A DNA stretch of 64,000 bases. It comes from a virus. Lineage: Duplodnaviria > Caudoviricetes. Position 1 is the stretch's first letter. Each line of letters opens with the position of its first letter. Positions 38,585 through 48,377 of the stretch are shown here, piece by piece. The stretch covers positions 32,001 to 96,000 of the IMG/VR virus record IMGVR_UViG_2940228231_000002. One strand, written 5' to 3'. The translations under genes and the position numbers were made by a program. The notes under the pieces were generated by a model that was given only the letters and a program-made list of their open reading frames with translations, had not been told where the DNA came from and searched no databases.

Positions 38585-40000
38585 ATGACAAAAGGAAAAT
38601 TCATCAATGATGAAAAGAAATTGATGGAATCGTATATAGATAGTGAACTACTACCGTTGCCTATAGACAAGAACTCAATGCATATTAGCAAAAATATGTT
38701 AGAGTTGATTGTTAGACCAGAGTGCAACCAGAAGTGTGAATACTGTTATATATATAAATATGGAACAGAGCTGTACCCTACTCGCTCTAATAAAGAAGAA
38801 ACTTTGAAGAATATAGATATGATTTTAGACTATGTTTATATGACAAGAAAAAATTTCTTCTATCAAATAGAAATCTTTGCTGGGGATCTATTTTATGACG
38901 ACATTTACTTCGATATGCTAGACATATTTGAGAAATACTTTGGAGTGTTAAAGAAAAGATATGGATATCTATTTAGTCGCAGAGTTGCAATGGTAACACC
39001 ATGCAATATGTCTTTCGTAGTAGAAAGTCCAGAAAAGGCTGATAGATTTATTGAATACCATAATAGATTCTTGAAGGATTATAATGTTAAATTGGCATTC
39101 TCTTGGTCTACAGACGGAATTTATTCCACAGATATTAGAGAAAAGGCAGAATTAAACGAAGAGTATTTTGATACTATATTTGAGTTCTGTAAAAGCATCG
39201 AGTCTGGATACCATCCAATGATCAGTGCGTATGGAATCGACAACTTGAAAGATAACTACGATTGGTGGTTGTCTAAGCTCGAGCAGTTTGATTTGAGCAA
39301 GGGGCATGATTTCCAACCACCTATGTTGGAAGTTCGCAATGGCGATGAATGGACTGATGAGGCGATTGACAAGTATTTAGATTTCTTGTCTTATGCTATG
39401 GAAAAAAGATTTGAACTATGTAATTATTCTGTTGATGCACTTGCACAACACTTCTTTGATTACGATTCAGACGCCGAGTTAAAGAGAATGAATAACTACG
39501 ATTTCTTAATTGTAGATGTGAAAAACCCAGATAGCCAAAGAACTGAGGCGATATCTTGCAGTATGCAACATACGATTCATTTTAATTGCACAAATTTATC
39601 TTTGTCTGTTTGCCATAGGACTACCTACCCAGAATTCACTGGGGCGTATTTTAAAACTGACGAGACAAATAGTCGCATTGTAGATATTGAACCTCATAAT
39701 GTAAGTGGATATATCACACTTAGATGCATGGATATTTCCAAAGGCCCTATGTGCGTAGATTGTGAGATTCAAAATAATTGCTTGCACGGGTGCATTGGTG
39801 CTCAATATGAATACTCTGGGGAGATTATGCTACCTATCCCATCTGTTTGTAATCTGTTTAAGAAGAAAGTTAAACATTTGGTTAAGCTATACAACGAATA
39901 CGGATTAATTGATAGTGCAATAAAAAACAATTATCTACAGGGATATGGCAAAGAATTTTGGCTTGAAAAATCTAAAGAATTGGGGTACGAATATGCGTGA
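38585..40000 (+). CDS. radical SAM/SPASM enzyme
   Basis: CNQKCEYC; C..VCHR..CVDC...CLHGC..C. Confidence 0.88.
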   Translation: MTKGKFINDEKKLMESYIDSELLPLPIDKNSMHISKNMLELIVRPECNQKCEYCYIYKYGTELYPTRSNKEETLKNIDMILDYVYMTRKNFFYQIEIFAGDLFYDDIYFDMLDIFEKYFGVLKKRYGYLFSRRVAMVTPCNMSFVVESPEKADRFIEYHNRFLKDYNVKLAFSWSTDGIYSTDIREKAELNEEYFDTIFEFCKSIESGYHPMISAYGIDNLKDNYDWWLSKLEQFDLSKGHDFQPPMLEVRNGDEWTDEAIDKYLDFLSYAMEKRFELCNYSVDALAQHFFDYDSDAELKRMNNYDFLIVDVKNPDSQRTEAISCSMQHTIHFNCTNLSLSVCHRTTYPEFTGAYFKTDETNSRIVDIEPHNVSGYITLRCMDISKGPMCVDCEIQNNCLHGCIGAQYEYSGEIMLPIPSVCNLFKKKVKHLVKLYNEYGLIDSAIKNNYLQGYGKEFWLEKSKELGYEYA

Positions 40001-40388
40001 AAAAGATGATTTTATTAGTATCCTAAGAGAGATGGAAAACTCTTTCGATGCTAGTAATATTGAAGACTATTACAATATAATTGGAACTATTGGAATGCTT
40101 ATGGCAAACAAAGAAGAAGATTCAGAGATTTGGGAACATATTCTCTCTATCGTTGGAAAAGTTATGTCTACGAGTCATGTCGATAGTCCTAAAAAGAATA
40201 ATGATATGGGGTTTACTCCAAGCACTAATGATGTGTTGTATTATAGGCTCAACAACTTTAGTGATGAAAAAATGAAACAACAGGTGCAAAAATATGACGA
40301 ACTATCGGACTCGCTAAAAAAGGTGATATCCTTTAGAATAGTTTGCCCTGACATATGCGAACCTAACTATGGAGTATTTTTAGATTAA
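39993..40388 (+). CDS. hypothetical protein
   Basis: Overlaps the SPASM gene stop. Confidence 0.65.
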   Translation: MREKDDFISILREMENSFDASNIEDYYNIIGTIGMLMANKEEDSEIWEHILSIVGKVMSTSHVDSPKKNNDMGFTPSTNDVLYYRLNNFSDEKMKQQVQKYDELSDSLKKVISFRIVCPDICEPNYGVFLD

Positions 40389-40389
40389 G

Positions 40390-41262
40390 ATGATCTATTT
40401 CACACTTCCAAGCCTATACAATAACTTTGAGATAAATGACTTCTTTGTTAATTTATCAAATTATTATAGTCATTTCTTTAAGTATAAAGTCGTGTTCTCT
40501 AGTGTGACTGGGAACTTCCCTTTCTGCTATTGGAACGGCGGGTATAACAACAATATCGACGGGCATAATATTGCAACATATGAGGACTTTGTTTCCTGTG
40601 CGGAAGAATACAGTGCCCCTATCAGATTTAATTGTGCAAATGTTTGCTTGCAAGAAAATGACGTTAATGATACGATGGCTAACTTAATACTGTCGGTAAA
40701 CCAAACTGGTTCAAATAGTATTGAGTTATCTAATTTGGAAATATATGAAACACTCAAAAAGAAATATCCTGAGTATACCTATGTCTTCTCAAAAGAAGCG
40801 GACTTAGTATTTCCAATGACACCAGAGATTATAAATATAATCGACAAAGAGTGCGATTTCAAGTTAATCTCTTTGCCAGAAGATAAAACAACTGATATGA
40901 GTTTTTTAGAAGCGATAAGCAATCCATCTAAAATAGAACTGTCAGTCAACACAGTATGCAACAAGAGTTGCGTAAAATATAAGCAGTGCAAAATGCACGA
41001 ACACCAATCTCAGTATGACTTTTCAGAAGTTAACAACTACAAACGATGTCAAGAGCACAGCTCTTATGCAGAACGTGCTCCTATGATCACAATGGATGAT
41101 ATCGTCGCTAAGTATTTACCAAAAGGTTTTAATCACTTTACATTGGCTGAGGTCATCTCAGACAGCCGTGATAATCTAATAAACTTCTTGGTGAATTATT
41201 TTATTAAGGATGAAAACAAAGCTGAGGTCTATGAGATGATTATGAAAAAAGGAAAAATTTAA
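40390..41262 (+). CDS. U32-family-like protein, paralog 2
   Basis: WNGG; IELSVNTVCNKSC; GFNHFTL (KIEGR degenerate). Confidence 0.55.
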   Translation: MIYFTLPSLYNNFEINDFFVNLSNYYSHFFKYKVVFSSVTGNFPFCYWNGGYNNNIDGHNIATYEDFVSCAEEYSAPIRFNCANVCLQENDVNDTMANLILSVNQTGSNSIELSNLEIYETLKKKYPEYTYVFSKEADLVFPMTPEIINIIDKECDFKLISLPEDKTTDMSFLEAISNPSKIELSVNTVCNKSCVKYKQCKMHEHQSQYDFSEVNNYKRCQEHSSYAERAPMITMDDIVAKYLPKGFNHFTLAEVISDSRDNLINFLVNYFIKDENKAEVYEMIMKKGKI

Positions 41263-41263
41263 T

Positions 41264-42136
41264 ATGATTAAATACGCCATTCCTGGCATGTGGGAATTGA
41301 GAGATTTGAATTTCAAATATTTGAATCTTATGAGAACACATCCAGAGTTCTTCTATGAAGATATAGAAGTTGAGGTGGTATATGGGAATCCCCAATTCTG
41401 TATTTGGGACGGTGGCAGAATTTTTCAGAAGTATGAATTCGCTACATTAGAAAAAATCAATCACACAGTTGGAGTTTACAATGAAGCATTTAATCTACCA
41501 GTGAGATACATATTCACGAACTGCAAGTTAGAGCCTGTTCATTATCAGGATAGGTTTGGTAATTTGCTCATGGAGGTTGCCCACAGCGGAAAGAATGATG
41601 TAGTTGTTGCTGATGACGATTTTTGTGATTTTCTAAGTTCAAAATATCCTAACTACAGATATATATCCTCAACTACTAAATGTATTGAAGATGAAGAATT
41701 AGCAAAAAAAGAATTAAATAAAGATAGATATGGTCTTGTGTGTCTTGACTATAATCTAAATAGAAAAATGGACTTTCTAAAGTCACTAAATGACAAGGAG
41801 AAAGCAAAGACAGAACTTTTAATAAACGCAATCTGCCCCCCAGGGTGTCAGCATAGAAAAGAGCACTACTACCTAAATAGTATGTGTTCTTTGTCTTATG
41901 GGAAGAAATACACTATGGAGCACTGCTCTATCAAGACTAATATAACAGACCCACAAGCGAGAAAGCACTACATGTCTTACGAGACAATTAAAAATGTTTA
42001 TGCTCCAATGGGGTTTGAGCATTTTAAGATTGAGGGGCGTACCTTGAGTTTATTAGAGACTATACTGAGCTATTGCTACTTTATGGTAAAGCCAGAGTAT
42101 CATGACCAAGTTGTCATCCTGTCTTTATTGGAATGA
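41264..42136 (+). CDS. U32-family-like Fe-S protein, paralog 3
   Basis: WDGG; ELLINAICPPGC; GFEHFKIEGR. Confidence 0.65.
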   Translation: MIKYAIPGMWELRDLNFKYLNLMRTHPEFFYEDIEVEVVYGNPQFCIWDGGRIFQKYEFATLEKINHTVGVYNEAFNLPVRYIFTNCKLEPVHYQDRFGNLLMEVAHSGKNDVVVADDDFCDFLSSKYPNYRYISSTTKCIEDEELAKKELNKDRYGLVCLDYNLNRKMDFLKSLNDKEKAKTELLINAICPPGCQHRKEHYYLNSMCSLSYGKKYTMEHCSIKTNITDPQARKHYMSYETIKNVYAPMGFEHFKIEGRTLSLLETILSYCYFMVKPEYHDQVVILSLLE

Positions 42137-42139
42137 GAT

Positions 42140-42787
42140 ATGCAAAAAATACTTACGATTGACTTTGATGTGGTTATGGCACCGAGTATAGACACCTATA
42201 ATAATCTAATTCCTGGAGCCAAATGGGAAGAATTAAACAAGATGCCAATGATGAAAAATCTACAGGCTGACTATATTCATTACCAAAGACTAACAAAGTT
42301 GGTGCTATCCTTATCAAAGCAGATGCCTCGTGAAGATATATTCTTCATAGAAAATCATGGAAAGATAGTTGACTTAGTAGAGCACGGTGACGACATAGGT
42401 TTAATCAACATCGATCATCACCACGATATTAAATATCCGAAAAACAAAGTGCCTGAAGGTATATGCACTTGTGGTAATTGGGTGTCAGAATTGCTGACCA
42501 ATAGTCGTAGTGTTGGACATCTTTGGATTAACAACCCCACATCTAAAATGCCAGATGAAGATGTTTCAGGAAACTATATTTTTGAACATGCTCTGCTTGA
42601 AGATTACGACCTACAGAAGATTGGAGTTCCAGACAAAATGTTTCTCTGTCTATCAGAGCCTTGGATTCCACCACAATATAGACCACTGTTCTTTTTGTGG
42701 GTTGATATGCTGAGCGTAGAGTTTGACCATGAATATTTAGTGGACTTCTCTATGCCAAGAAATGAAGGTGTTGTATATGAAAAATAA
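42140..42787 (+). CDS. UPF0489/arginase-like metal-binding protein
   Basis: IDFD; NIDHHHD; GNWV; SEPWIPP. Confidence 0.6.
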   Translation: MQKILTIDFDVVMAPSIDTYNNLIPGAKWEELNKMPMMKNLQADYIHYQRLTKLVLSLSKQMPREDIFFIENHGKIVDLVEHGDDIGLINIDHHHDIKYPKNKVPEGICTCGNWVSELLTNSRSVGHLWINNPTSKMPDEDVSGNYIFEHALLEDYDLQKIGVPDKMFLCLSEPWIPPQYRPLFFLWVDMLSVEFDHEYLVDFSMPRNEGVVYEK

Positions 42788-43580
42788 AACACTTCTAGTA
42801 TCAAGAGAACATCGGTCTGAGAATACCATTGTCAGATGTGGGAAGAATAATCAAGTTGAGTTTGGAGGAAACACTCCTCAGATAATTGCAGGGCCTTGTG
42901 CTGTTGAGTCTAGAGAACAAATACTGCGAATAGCAAGGAATGTGCAAAAGTGCGGAGCCACACTATTAAGAGGTGGAGCTTTTAAGCCAAGAACCTCTCC
43001 CTACTCTTTTCAAGGACTAGGAGAATTAGGTCTGCAATATTTACTAGAAGCAAAAGAACAAACTGGACTACCTGTAGTTTCTGAAATAATGGATGTATCA
43101 CAAATAGATCTATTTGAAAATGTAGACATATTACAAGTTGGTGCACGGAGTATGCAAAACTTCCAATTATTAAAATCACTTGGACAGTTGAATAAGCCAA
43201 TTCTACTCAAGCGAGGGTTTCAAAATACAGTAGACGAGTTTTTGCTATGTGCTGAATATTTAATGTCTCACGGAAATAGAAAGATAATTTTATGCGAAAG
43301 AGGAATCAGGAGCTTTGACCCGCTGATGCCTTTCTCCTTAGATATTAGTGTTGTTCCATTGCTAAAAGAAAAGACGCACTTACCAATAATTGTAGACCCA
43401 AGCCACGCAACTGCAAATAGTAAATTAGTTGTGCCAATGGCTAGGGCTGCTCTGCTCGTTGGAGCTGATGGTGTTATGGTAGAAACACATGATAAACCAG
43501 AAGATGCTCTATGTGACGGAGACAATGCTATTGGATATGAAGAATTGAAATCAATAACTATGAATAAACGGGAGACGTAA
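42777..43580 (+). CDS. aroF: DAHP synthase, class I-beta
   Basis: IAGPCAVES; RGGAFKPRTSPYSFQGLG; LLKRG; LCERGIR; VDPSH. Confidence 0.95.
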   Translation: MKNKTLLVSREHRSENTIVRCGKNNQVEFGGNTPQIIAGPCAVESREQILRIARNVQKCGATLLRGGAFKPRTSPYSFQGLGELGLQYLLEAKEQTGLPVVSEIMDVSQIDLFENVDILQVGARSMQNFQLLKSLGQLNKPILLKRGFQNTVDEFLLCAEYLMSHGNRKIILCERGIRSFDPLMPFSLDISVVPLLKEKTHLPIIVDPSHATANSKLVVPMARAALLVGADGVMVETHDKPEDALCDGDNAIGYEELKSITMNKRET

Positions 43581-43631
43581 CACTCCCGTTTTTCAATTGG
43601 ATAAAAAGAGAAAAGGAGTGATTCTACAGCT

Positions 43632-44693
43632 ATGAAACCAAAGGTTGCCACCAGGAACACACCTGAAGATAAAATGTTTACTTGCACAATGTGTGGCAAA
43701 TCATATGAAAACCCAGAGCGTAGATTTTTTAAGACTAAAAGCAAATTATATGAAAAAAACGACATGTATTATTGTGTATGTAGATCATGTTTAGAGGAGA
43801 AGTTTGAGGAGTTTAAAAAAAGATATGACGAACGTACAGCAATGCTTGTTATGTGTCATTATCTAGATGTTCCCTTCTACTATTCTCTATACGACAGTGT
43901 AATTAAAAACAACGACAAGTTTACAATTGGATTGTATTTCCGTCAAATGAATACCAAGCAATTTTATTCTAAGACGTTTGTAAACACTTTAGTCGATAAG
44001 AAAGAGCTTGGTATCGATACTGAAAAATATGAAGTTATCAAAGAAGAGAAATGGTCTGTGAGTGATACCAAGACTAAAAATAATGTAATTGAAACCATAG
44101 GCTACGACCCATTTGAAGGATATGACGAAAACCAAAGGAAGTTCTTGTTTACCAACATCGCTGGATACTTAGGTGATGATGGAATTGATGAGGATAACTA
44201 TAAGATTTCTCAAATCATTCAATTGGTAAATAACAACTATCAGATATCACAAATAGACATGATGATTCCTAGATTGAATACATCAACTCACTTAGATGAT
44301 ATCAAGTCATTAAATAAACTAAAAAAAGACCTTGTTGATAGTAACGATAAGATTGCAAAACAAAATGGAATCTCTGTTAATAACAGAAAAGACCAAGAAG
44401 TCGGCAAGTCTACCCTCACACACCTAATGAAGAAACTGAGAGAATTAGACTTTGATGATGCCGAGGAGAATTATTATAATCAACTACAAAGTGCTGGCAG
44501 TCAATGGGCAGCAAATATGTCTTTTAAGTCAATCATGGAACATGGATTCTTTGATGAAAACGACCGTGAAGAAGTGTTTGAAACGCAACGTAATCTAATA
44601 GAAAAATTACAAAAGCAAGTTGATGACACAAGTGAAGAAAATCGTCTATTAAAACTTGAAAATATTGAACTTAAAGAGGCGGTGAAATCATGA
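43632..44693 (+). CDS. Zn-finger protein, putative terminase small subunit
   Basis: CTMCG and CRSC; overlaps TerL start. Confidence 0.6.
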   Translation: MKPKVATRNTPEDKMFTCTMCGKSYENPERRFFKTKSKLYEKNDMYYCVCRSCLEEKFEEFKKRYDERTAMLVMCHYLDVPFYYSLYDSVIKNNDKFTIGLYFRQMNTKQFYSKTFVNTLVDKKELGIDTEKYEVIKEEKWSVSDTKTKNNVIETIGYDPFEGYDENQRKFLFTNIAGYLGDDGIDEDNYKISQIIQLVNNNYQISQIDMMIPRLNTSTHLDDIKSLNKLKKDLVDSNDKIAKQNGISVNNRKDQEVGKSTLTHLMKKLRELDFDDAEENYYNQLQSAGSQWAANMSFKSIMEHGFFDENDREEVFETQRNLIEKLQKQVDDTSEENRLLKLENIELKEAVKS

Positions 44694-46585
44694 TTTCAAA
44701 CCCCTCTGCGAAATTTAAGCAACTAAAGCAAAAGCATAAAGTTTTAAGCGAAGTCAAGAGAAAAGTGTATGAGCTAGATGCTAAGACCATTGCATTCTAT
44801 AGGAGAAATCCTTGTATCGCAGCAGAAGATTTGCTTGGAGTGAGGCTTATTGACTCGCAGAAGTATATATTGCAGTCAACATGGAACGCCCAGCACTCAG
44901 CTTGGTGCTGTAGTCGAAATTTTGGTAAGTCTCTAATTGGTGCTGTGTTTATTATCTTAAAAGCAATCCTTTATGAGAACCAAGCTATATATATAGTATC
45001 TAGCGTTGGTGATCAGGCTAAGGAGACATTTGAGAAGATAGAACAAATTGTTACCAGAATTGGCAAGACCGCAGCTTCATTTAGAAATTTAAAAGACATT
45101 GTGGAAAAAGAAACTACAAAGTCTGGAAGTAACAAAACTGGATTCAGTCATAACCCTGCGGGATATGAAGTGTCTTTCTTTAACGGTAGTGCAATCTACA
45201 CACTTAACAGTAATCCAGATAGTGCACGTTCACGAAGAGCTACACTGGTATTCTTTGATGAGGCAGCGTTCTGTTCTGATGAATTAATAGCAGTCTGCGA
45301 AGCTTTTGCAACACAGAGCACTGACTTCGTTACTTCTACAGATAGAGACTTTAGGGCTGACTTAGTTCCGCTTAAAGTTCCTACTCAGCTTGTATATGCA
45401 TCATCTCAAGATGATATGGACACAATGTTCTATAAACATTATAAGGAATTTTCAAAGAAGATGATTGCGGGAGATAGAAATTATTTTGCCTGTGACATGA
45501 TTTGCGATACAGCAATAAATATCTTCATTGACGGAGAGAAATCTCCCCCGCTACTTACTCAAGAAAAAGTAGATACTGCAATGAAACTAGACCCAGACAA
45601 AGCAAGGCGAGAATATTATAACGAACCAACACGGGACGGTGGTAGTTCTCAAATAGTGAAATGGCGTACTGTGCGTAAAAACGAGAAATTAATAATTCCA
45701 TACGCAGAATGGCGACCAGAAAACAGAATTGTTTTAGCATTTGACCCTGCCAGAACTGGAGACAACTCAATACTGAGTGTAATGAATTTATATGAAGATT
45801 CGGAGCTTGGACTCTGTGGAGATGTCATTAACTGCGTAAACTTTATAGATATTGCAACAAAGCATAAATATATGTTGGATTCTGCAAAACAATTGCAGAT
45901 GATTAGAAACTATCTGCTGCTATATAACGGCGACAATCCTGATTATGAATATATAGACAGATTATTGATTGACGCTGGAGCTGGTGGAGGTGGGCTTGCA
46001 TATACAGACCACTTATTGAGTGATTGGACAGATGCTAGCGGAAAAGTGCATAAAGGATTAATTGACAAAGAAAATCCTATTTATAGTGAAAATGCAAAAC
46101 ATCATAGAGACGCAATTGACAAACTCAGGGCAATCTCACCAAAGAAATATAGAACACAAATGGTTGAAGAATTTATTGAGCTCTTCGAGCTTGGGGTAAT
46201 TAAACTTCCATTTGGAAATACTGGGCAAGACTTTATTAGAATTGCGAAAACAGTCGAAGCTAAAAAAGGTGCTAAGAAAAAAGACATAGAAGAAGAATTT
46301 GATCTGTATTACCTAAGTGATGAAGAAAAGATTGCTCTTGCTCAAATAGACTTAATGAAAAATGAAATAACATCAATACATAAAAGTTCCAATGCAGAGA
46401 AAACCTCAGTTGTTTATGCTCTGGCCAATGAAAAGCGGAACAAGATGCATGATGATAGATTCTATACCATATTAATGTTAGCACATAGATTATACGAATT
46501 AAGGCGCTCGTCTTCAATGAGGGTTGATAGAAACAAAAAAGATACATCAACCCTATTTCAAGTGCGTAAGCCTGTATTTAAGTAG
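44690..46585 (+). CDS. terL: terminase large subunit
   Basis: SRNFGKS (Walker A); FFDEAAF (Walker B); FDPARTGD; HDDR. Confidence 0.92.
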   Translation: MISNPSAKFKQLKQKHKVLSEVKRKVYELDAKTIAFYRRNPCIAAEDLLGVRLIDSQKYILQSTWNAQHSAWCCSRNFGKSLIGAVFIILKAILYENQAIYIVSSVGDQAKETFEKIEQIVTRIGKTAASFRNLKDIVEKETTKSGSNKTGFSHNPAGYEVSFFNGSAIYTLNSNPDSARSRRATLVFFDEAAFCSDELIAVCEAFATQSTDFVTSTDRDFRADLVPLKVPTQLVYASSQDDMDTMFYKHYKEFSKKMIAGDRNYFACDMICDTAINIFIDGEKSPPLLTQEKVDTAMKLDPDKARREYYNEPTRDGGSSQIVKWRTVRKNEKLIIPYAEWRPENRIVLAFDPARTGDNSILSVMNLYEDSELGLCGDVINCVNFIDIATKHKYMLDSAKQLQMIRNYLLLYNGDNPDYEYIDRLLIDAGAGGGGLAYTDHLLSDWTDASGKVHKGLIDKENPIYSENAKHHRDAIDKLRAISPKKYRTQMVEEFIELFELGVIKLPFGNTGQDFIRIAKTVEAKKGAKKKDIEEEFDLYYLSDEEKIALAQIDLMKNEITSIHKSSNAEKTSVVYALANEKRNKMHDDRFYTILMLAHRLYELRRSSSMRVDRNKKDTSTLFQVRKPVFK

Positions 46586-46599
46586 AAAGGAGGAAAGAT

Positions 46600-48114
46600 T
46601 TGTCAAAGAAGAAAAAAAGCGGTAATAAGCAAAAACAGAAAAACCAAAAGCAATCGCAGTCCAAAAACAAGGAAATGACAAAAGAGGAATTCCTAAAATA
46701 TAAAGCGATGTTATCTAAACTTATGCTAAGCGACCTCAACAAGAAGCCAAGCAATGTCTATACTCAATACACCAAAGACTTATATAGAAGATATATACAA
46801 AACCCGACTTCTAATGAGGCGAATATTAGAGAGATGTCAAACTTCTTATATAGAGTGTCAATGCCATATCGTAGGTTCATCAATTATATTAGTGACATTC
46901 CCCTCTTCTTATGGAACTTGACTCCTATCACAGATCTGACTGGAAAAATAGACAATGAAAAGATTTTAAAGGACTATACAAAGGCAGTTAATATGATTGA
47001 GAATATGTCATTGCCATTTGAATTCCGTAATGTTGTAAGCACGACAATACGAGAAGGTGTATTCTATGGTTTTATTTATAGTGATAAGAATTCGTTCTTT
47101 ATCCATAAACTAGACCCTGATTATTGTGCAATAAAAGAAATTGAAGGTGGGTGCTTTAATTTTGCGTTTGACTTCTCATATTTTGATAAGAACAAAACGC
47201 AGTTAGATTATATGGATCCATATTTCACTACATTGTATAGAACATATGAAAAAGATAAGAAGAATTTCCAATGGCAGATTTTAGACCCTGCAAGAACTAT
47301 ATGTGTAAAAATAGATTCTGATATTTATGATGAAATCCTACCACAGTTTATAGGGGTGTTTGAAGCATTGCTAGACTTGATAGATGCACGCTCTTTACAG
47401 AGAAATAAAGAAGAAATCCAAAACTACAAACTAATTGTGCAAAAGATACCAACATTTAATTCGTCTACAACTATAGACGATTTTAGTATCGACCCAGACA
47501 CTGCAATGGGATTTTATAGACAGTTAAGCGATGTAGTCCCAGATCAAGTTGGCGTTGCCCTGTCTCCTATGGAGATAGACACTGTCACATTCCAAACTGA
47601 CGATAATAGTAATGATTTAATATCTTCATCTATGAAGGCAGTGTTTAGTGATAGTGGTATTGCTCAACTATTATTCAACACTGAGACATCTGGTGCTGAA
47701 GGACTAGATGCGTCTATAAGAGTCGATGCTGGAATGGTATGGAAATTAGTTGAAAGTATTGAAAGATGGGTTAGCAGATATCTCCAATATAATTTAAGTG
47801 GAAGATCTAAGTATGCATTTGAAATTCTTAGAGTTGATATTTTTAATCAAGATGAAGTATGTGCTAGAGAATTAGCTTTAGCAAATAGTGGCGTGCCAAA
47901 TAAATTAAAATTGGCGGCCAGTAGCGGTATACCCCCTTCCCGTGTAATGTCTGCGGAGTATTTTGAAAACTCTATTCTCAAGATACACGAGAAATGGATG
48001 CCACTACAGACTTCTTATACTTTATCAGGAAAAGATGGTGCTATAGTGTCCACAGGGGCTCCAGAGAGCTCTGGTGGGGATGGCTCTGGTACCGAAAAGG
48101 AAGTGATTGAATGA
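46600..48114 (+). CDS. portal protein
   Basis: Follows TerL; size; PLQTSYTLSG C-terminus. Confidence 0.8.
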   Translation: MSKKKKSGNKQKQKNQKQSQSKNKEMTKEEFLKYKAMLSKLMLSDLNKKPSNVYTQYTKDLYRRYIQNPTSNEANIREMSNFLYRVSMPYRRFINYISDIPLFLWNLTPITDLTGKIDNEKILKDYTKAVNMIENMSLPFEFRNVVSTTIREGVFYGFIYSDKNSFFIHKLDPDYCAIKEIEGGCFNFAFDFSYFDKNKTQLDYMDPYFTTLYRTYEKDKKNFQWQILDPARTICVKIDSDIYDEILPQFIGVFEALLDLIDARSLQRNKEEIQNYKLIVQKIPTFNSSTTIDDFSIDPDTAMGFYRQLSDVVPDQVGVALSPMEIDTVTFQTDDNSNDLISSSMKAVFSDSGIAQLLFNTETSGAEGLDASIRVDAGMVWKLVESIERWVSRYLQYNLSGRSKYAFEILRVDIFNQDEVCARELALANSGVPNKLKLAASSGIPPSRVMSAEYFENSILKIHEKWMPLQTSYTLSGKDGAIVSTGAPESSGGDGSGTEKEVIE

Positions 48115-48293
48115 TGCCAAAGGGAAGTAGATTTATTTACACCAACAGCGAGACAATCAAAGAGACTTTAGAAAAATCTAAATACCCCCTAATAAAACAA
48201 ACAAGTGGCGGGTATTGGGTGTTTTTAAATAAAAATGAAATTAATTTTTCAAAAAAAGATGATGTAATTCTAACTGATAGGATTACGTTCTGA
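48111..48293 (+). CDS. small head-module protein
   Basis: 60 aa, overlaps portal stop, followed by terminator-like hairpin. Confidence 0.6.
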   Translation: MMPKGSRFIYTNSETIKETLEKSKYPLIKQTSGGYWVFLNKNEINFSKKDDVILTDRITF

Positions 48294-48377
48294 TGACTGG
48301 CTTTCCAGTCTTTTTTTATGAGGCGAGTTTTTCAAAAACCCCTCGTGATTCTACAAGAAAGGAGGAGAAGCTAAAAA

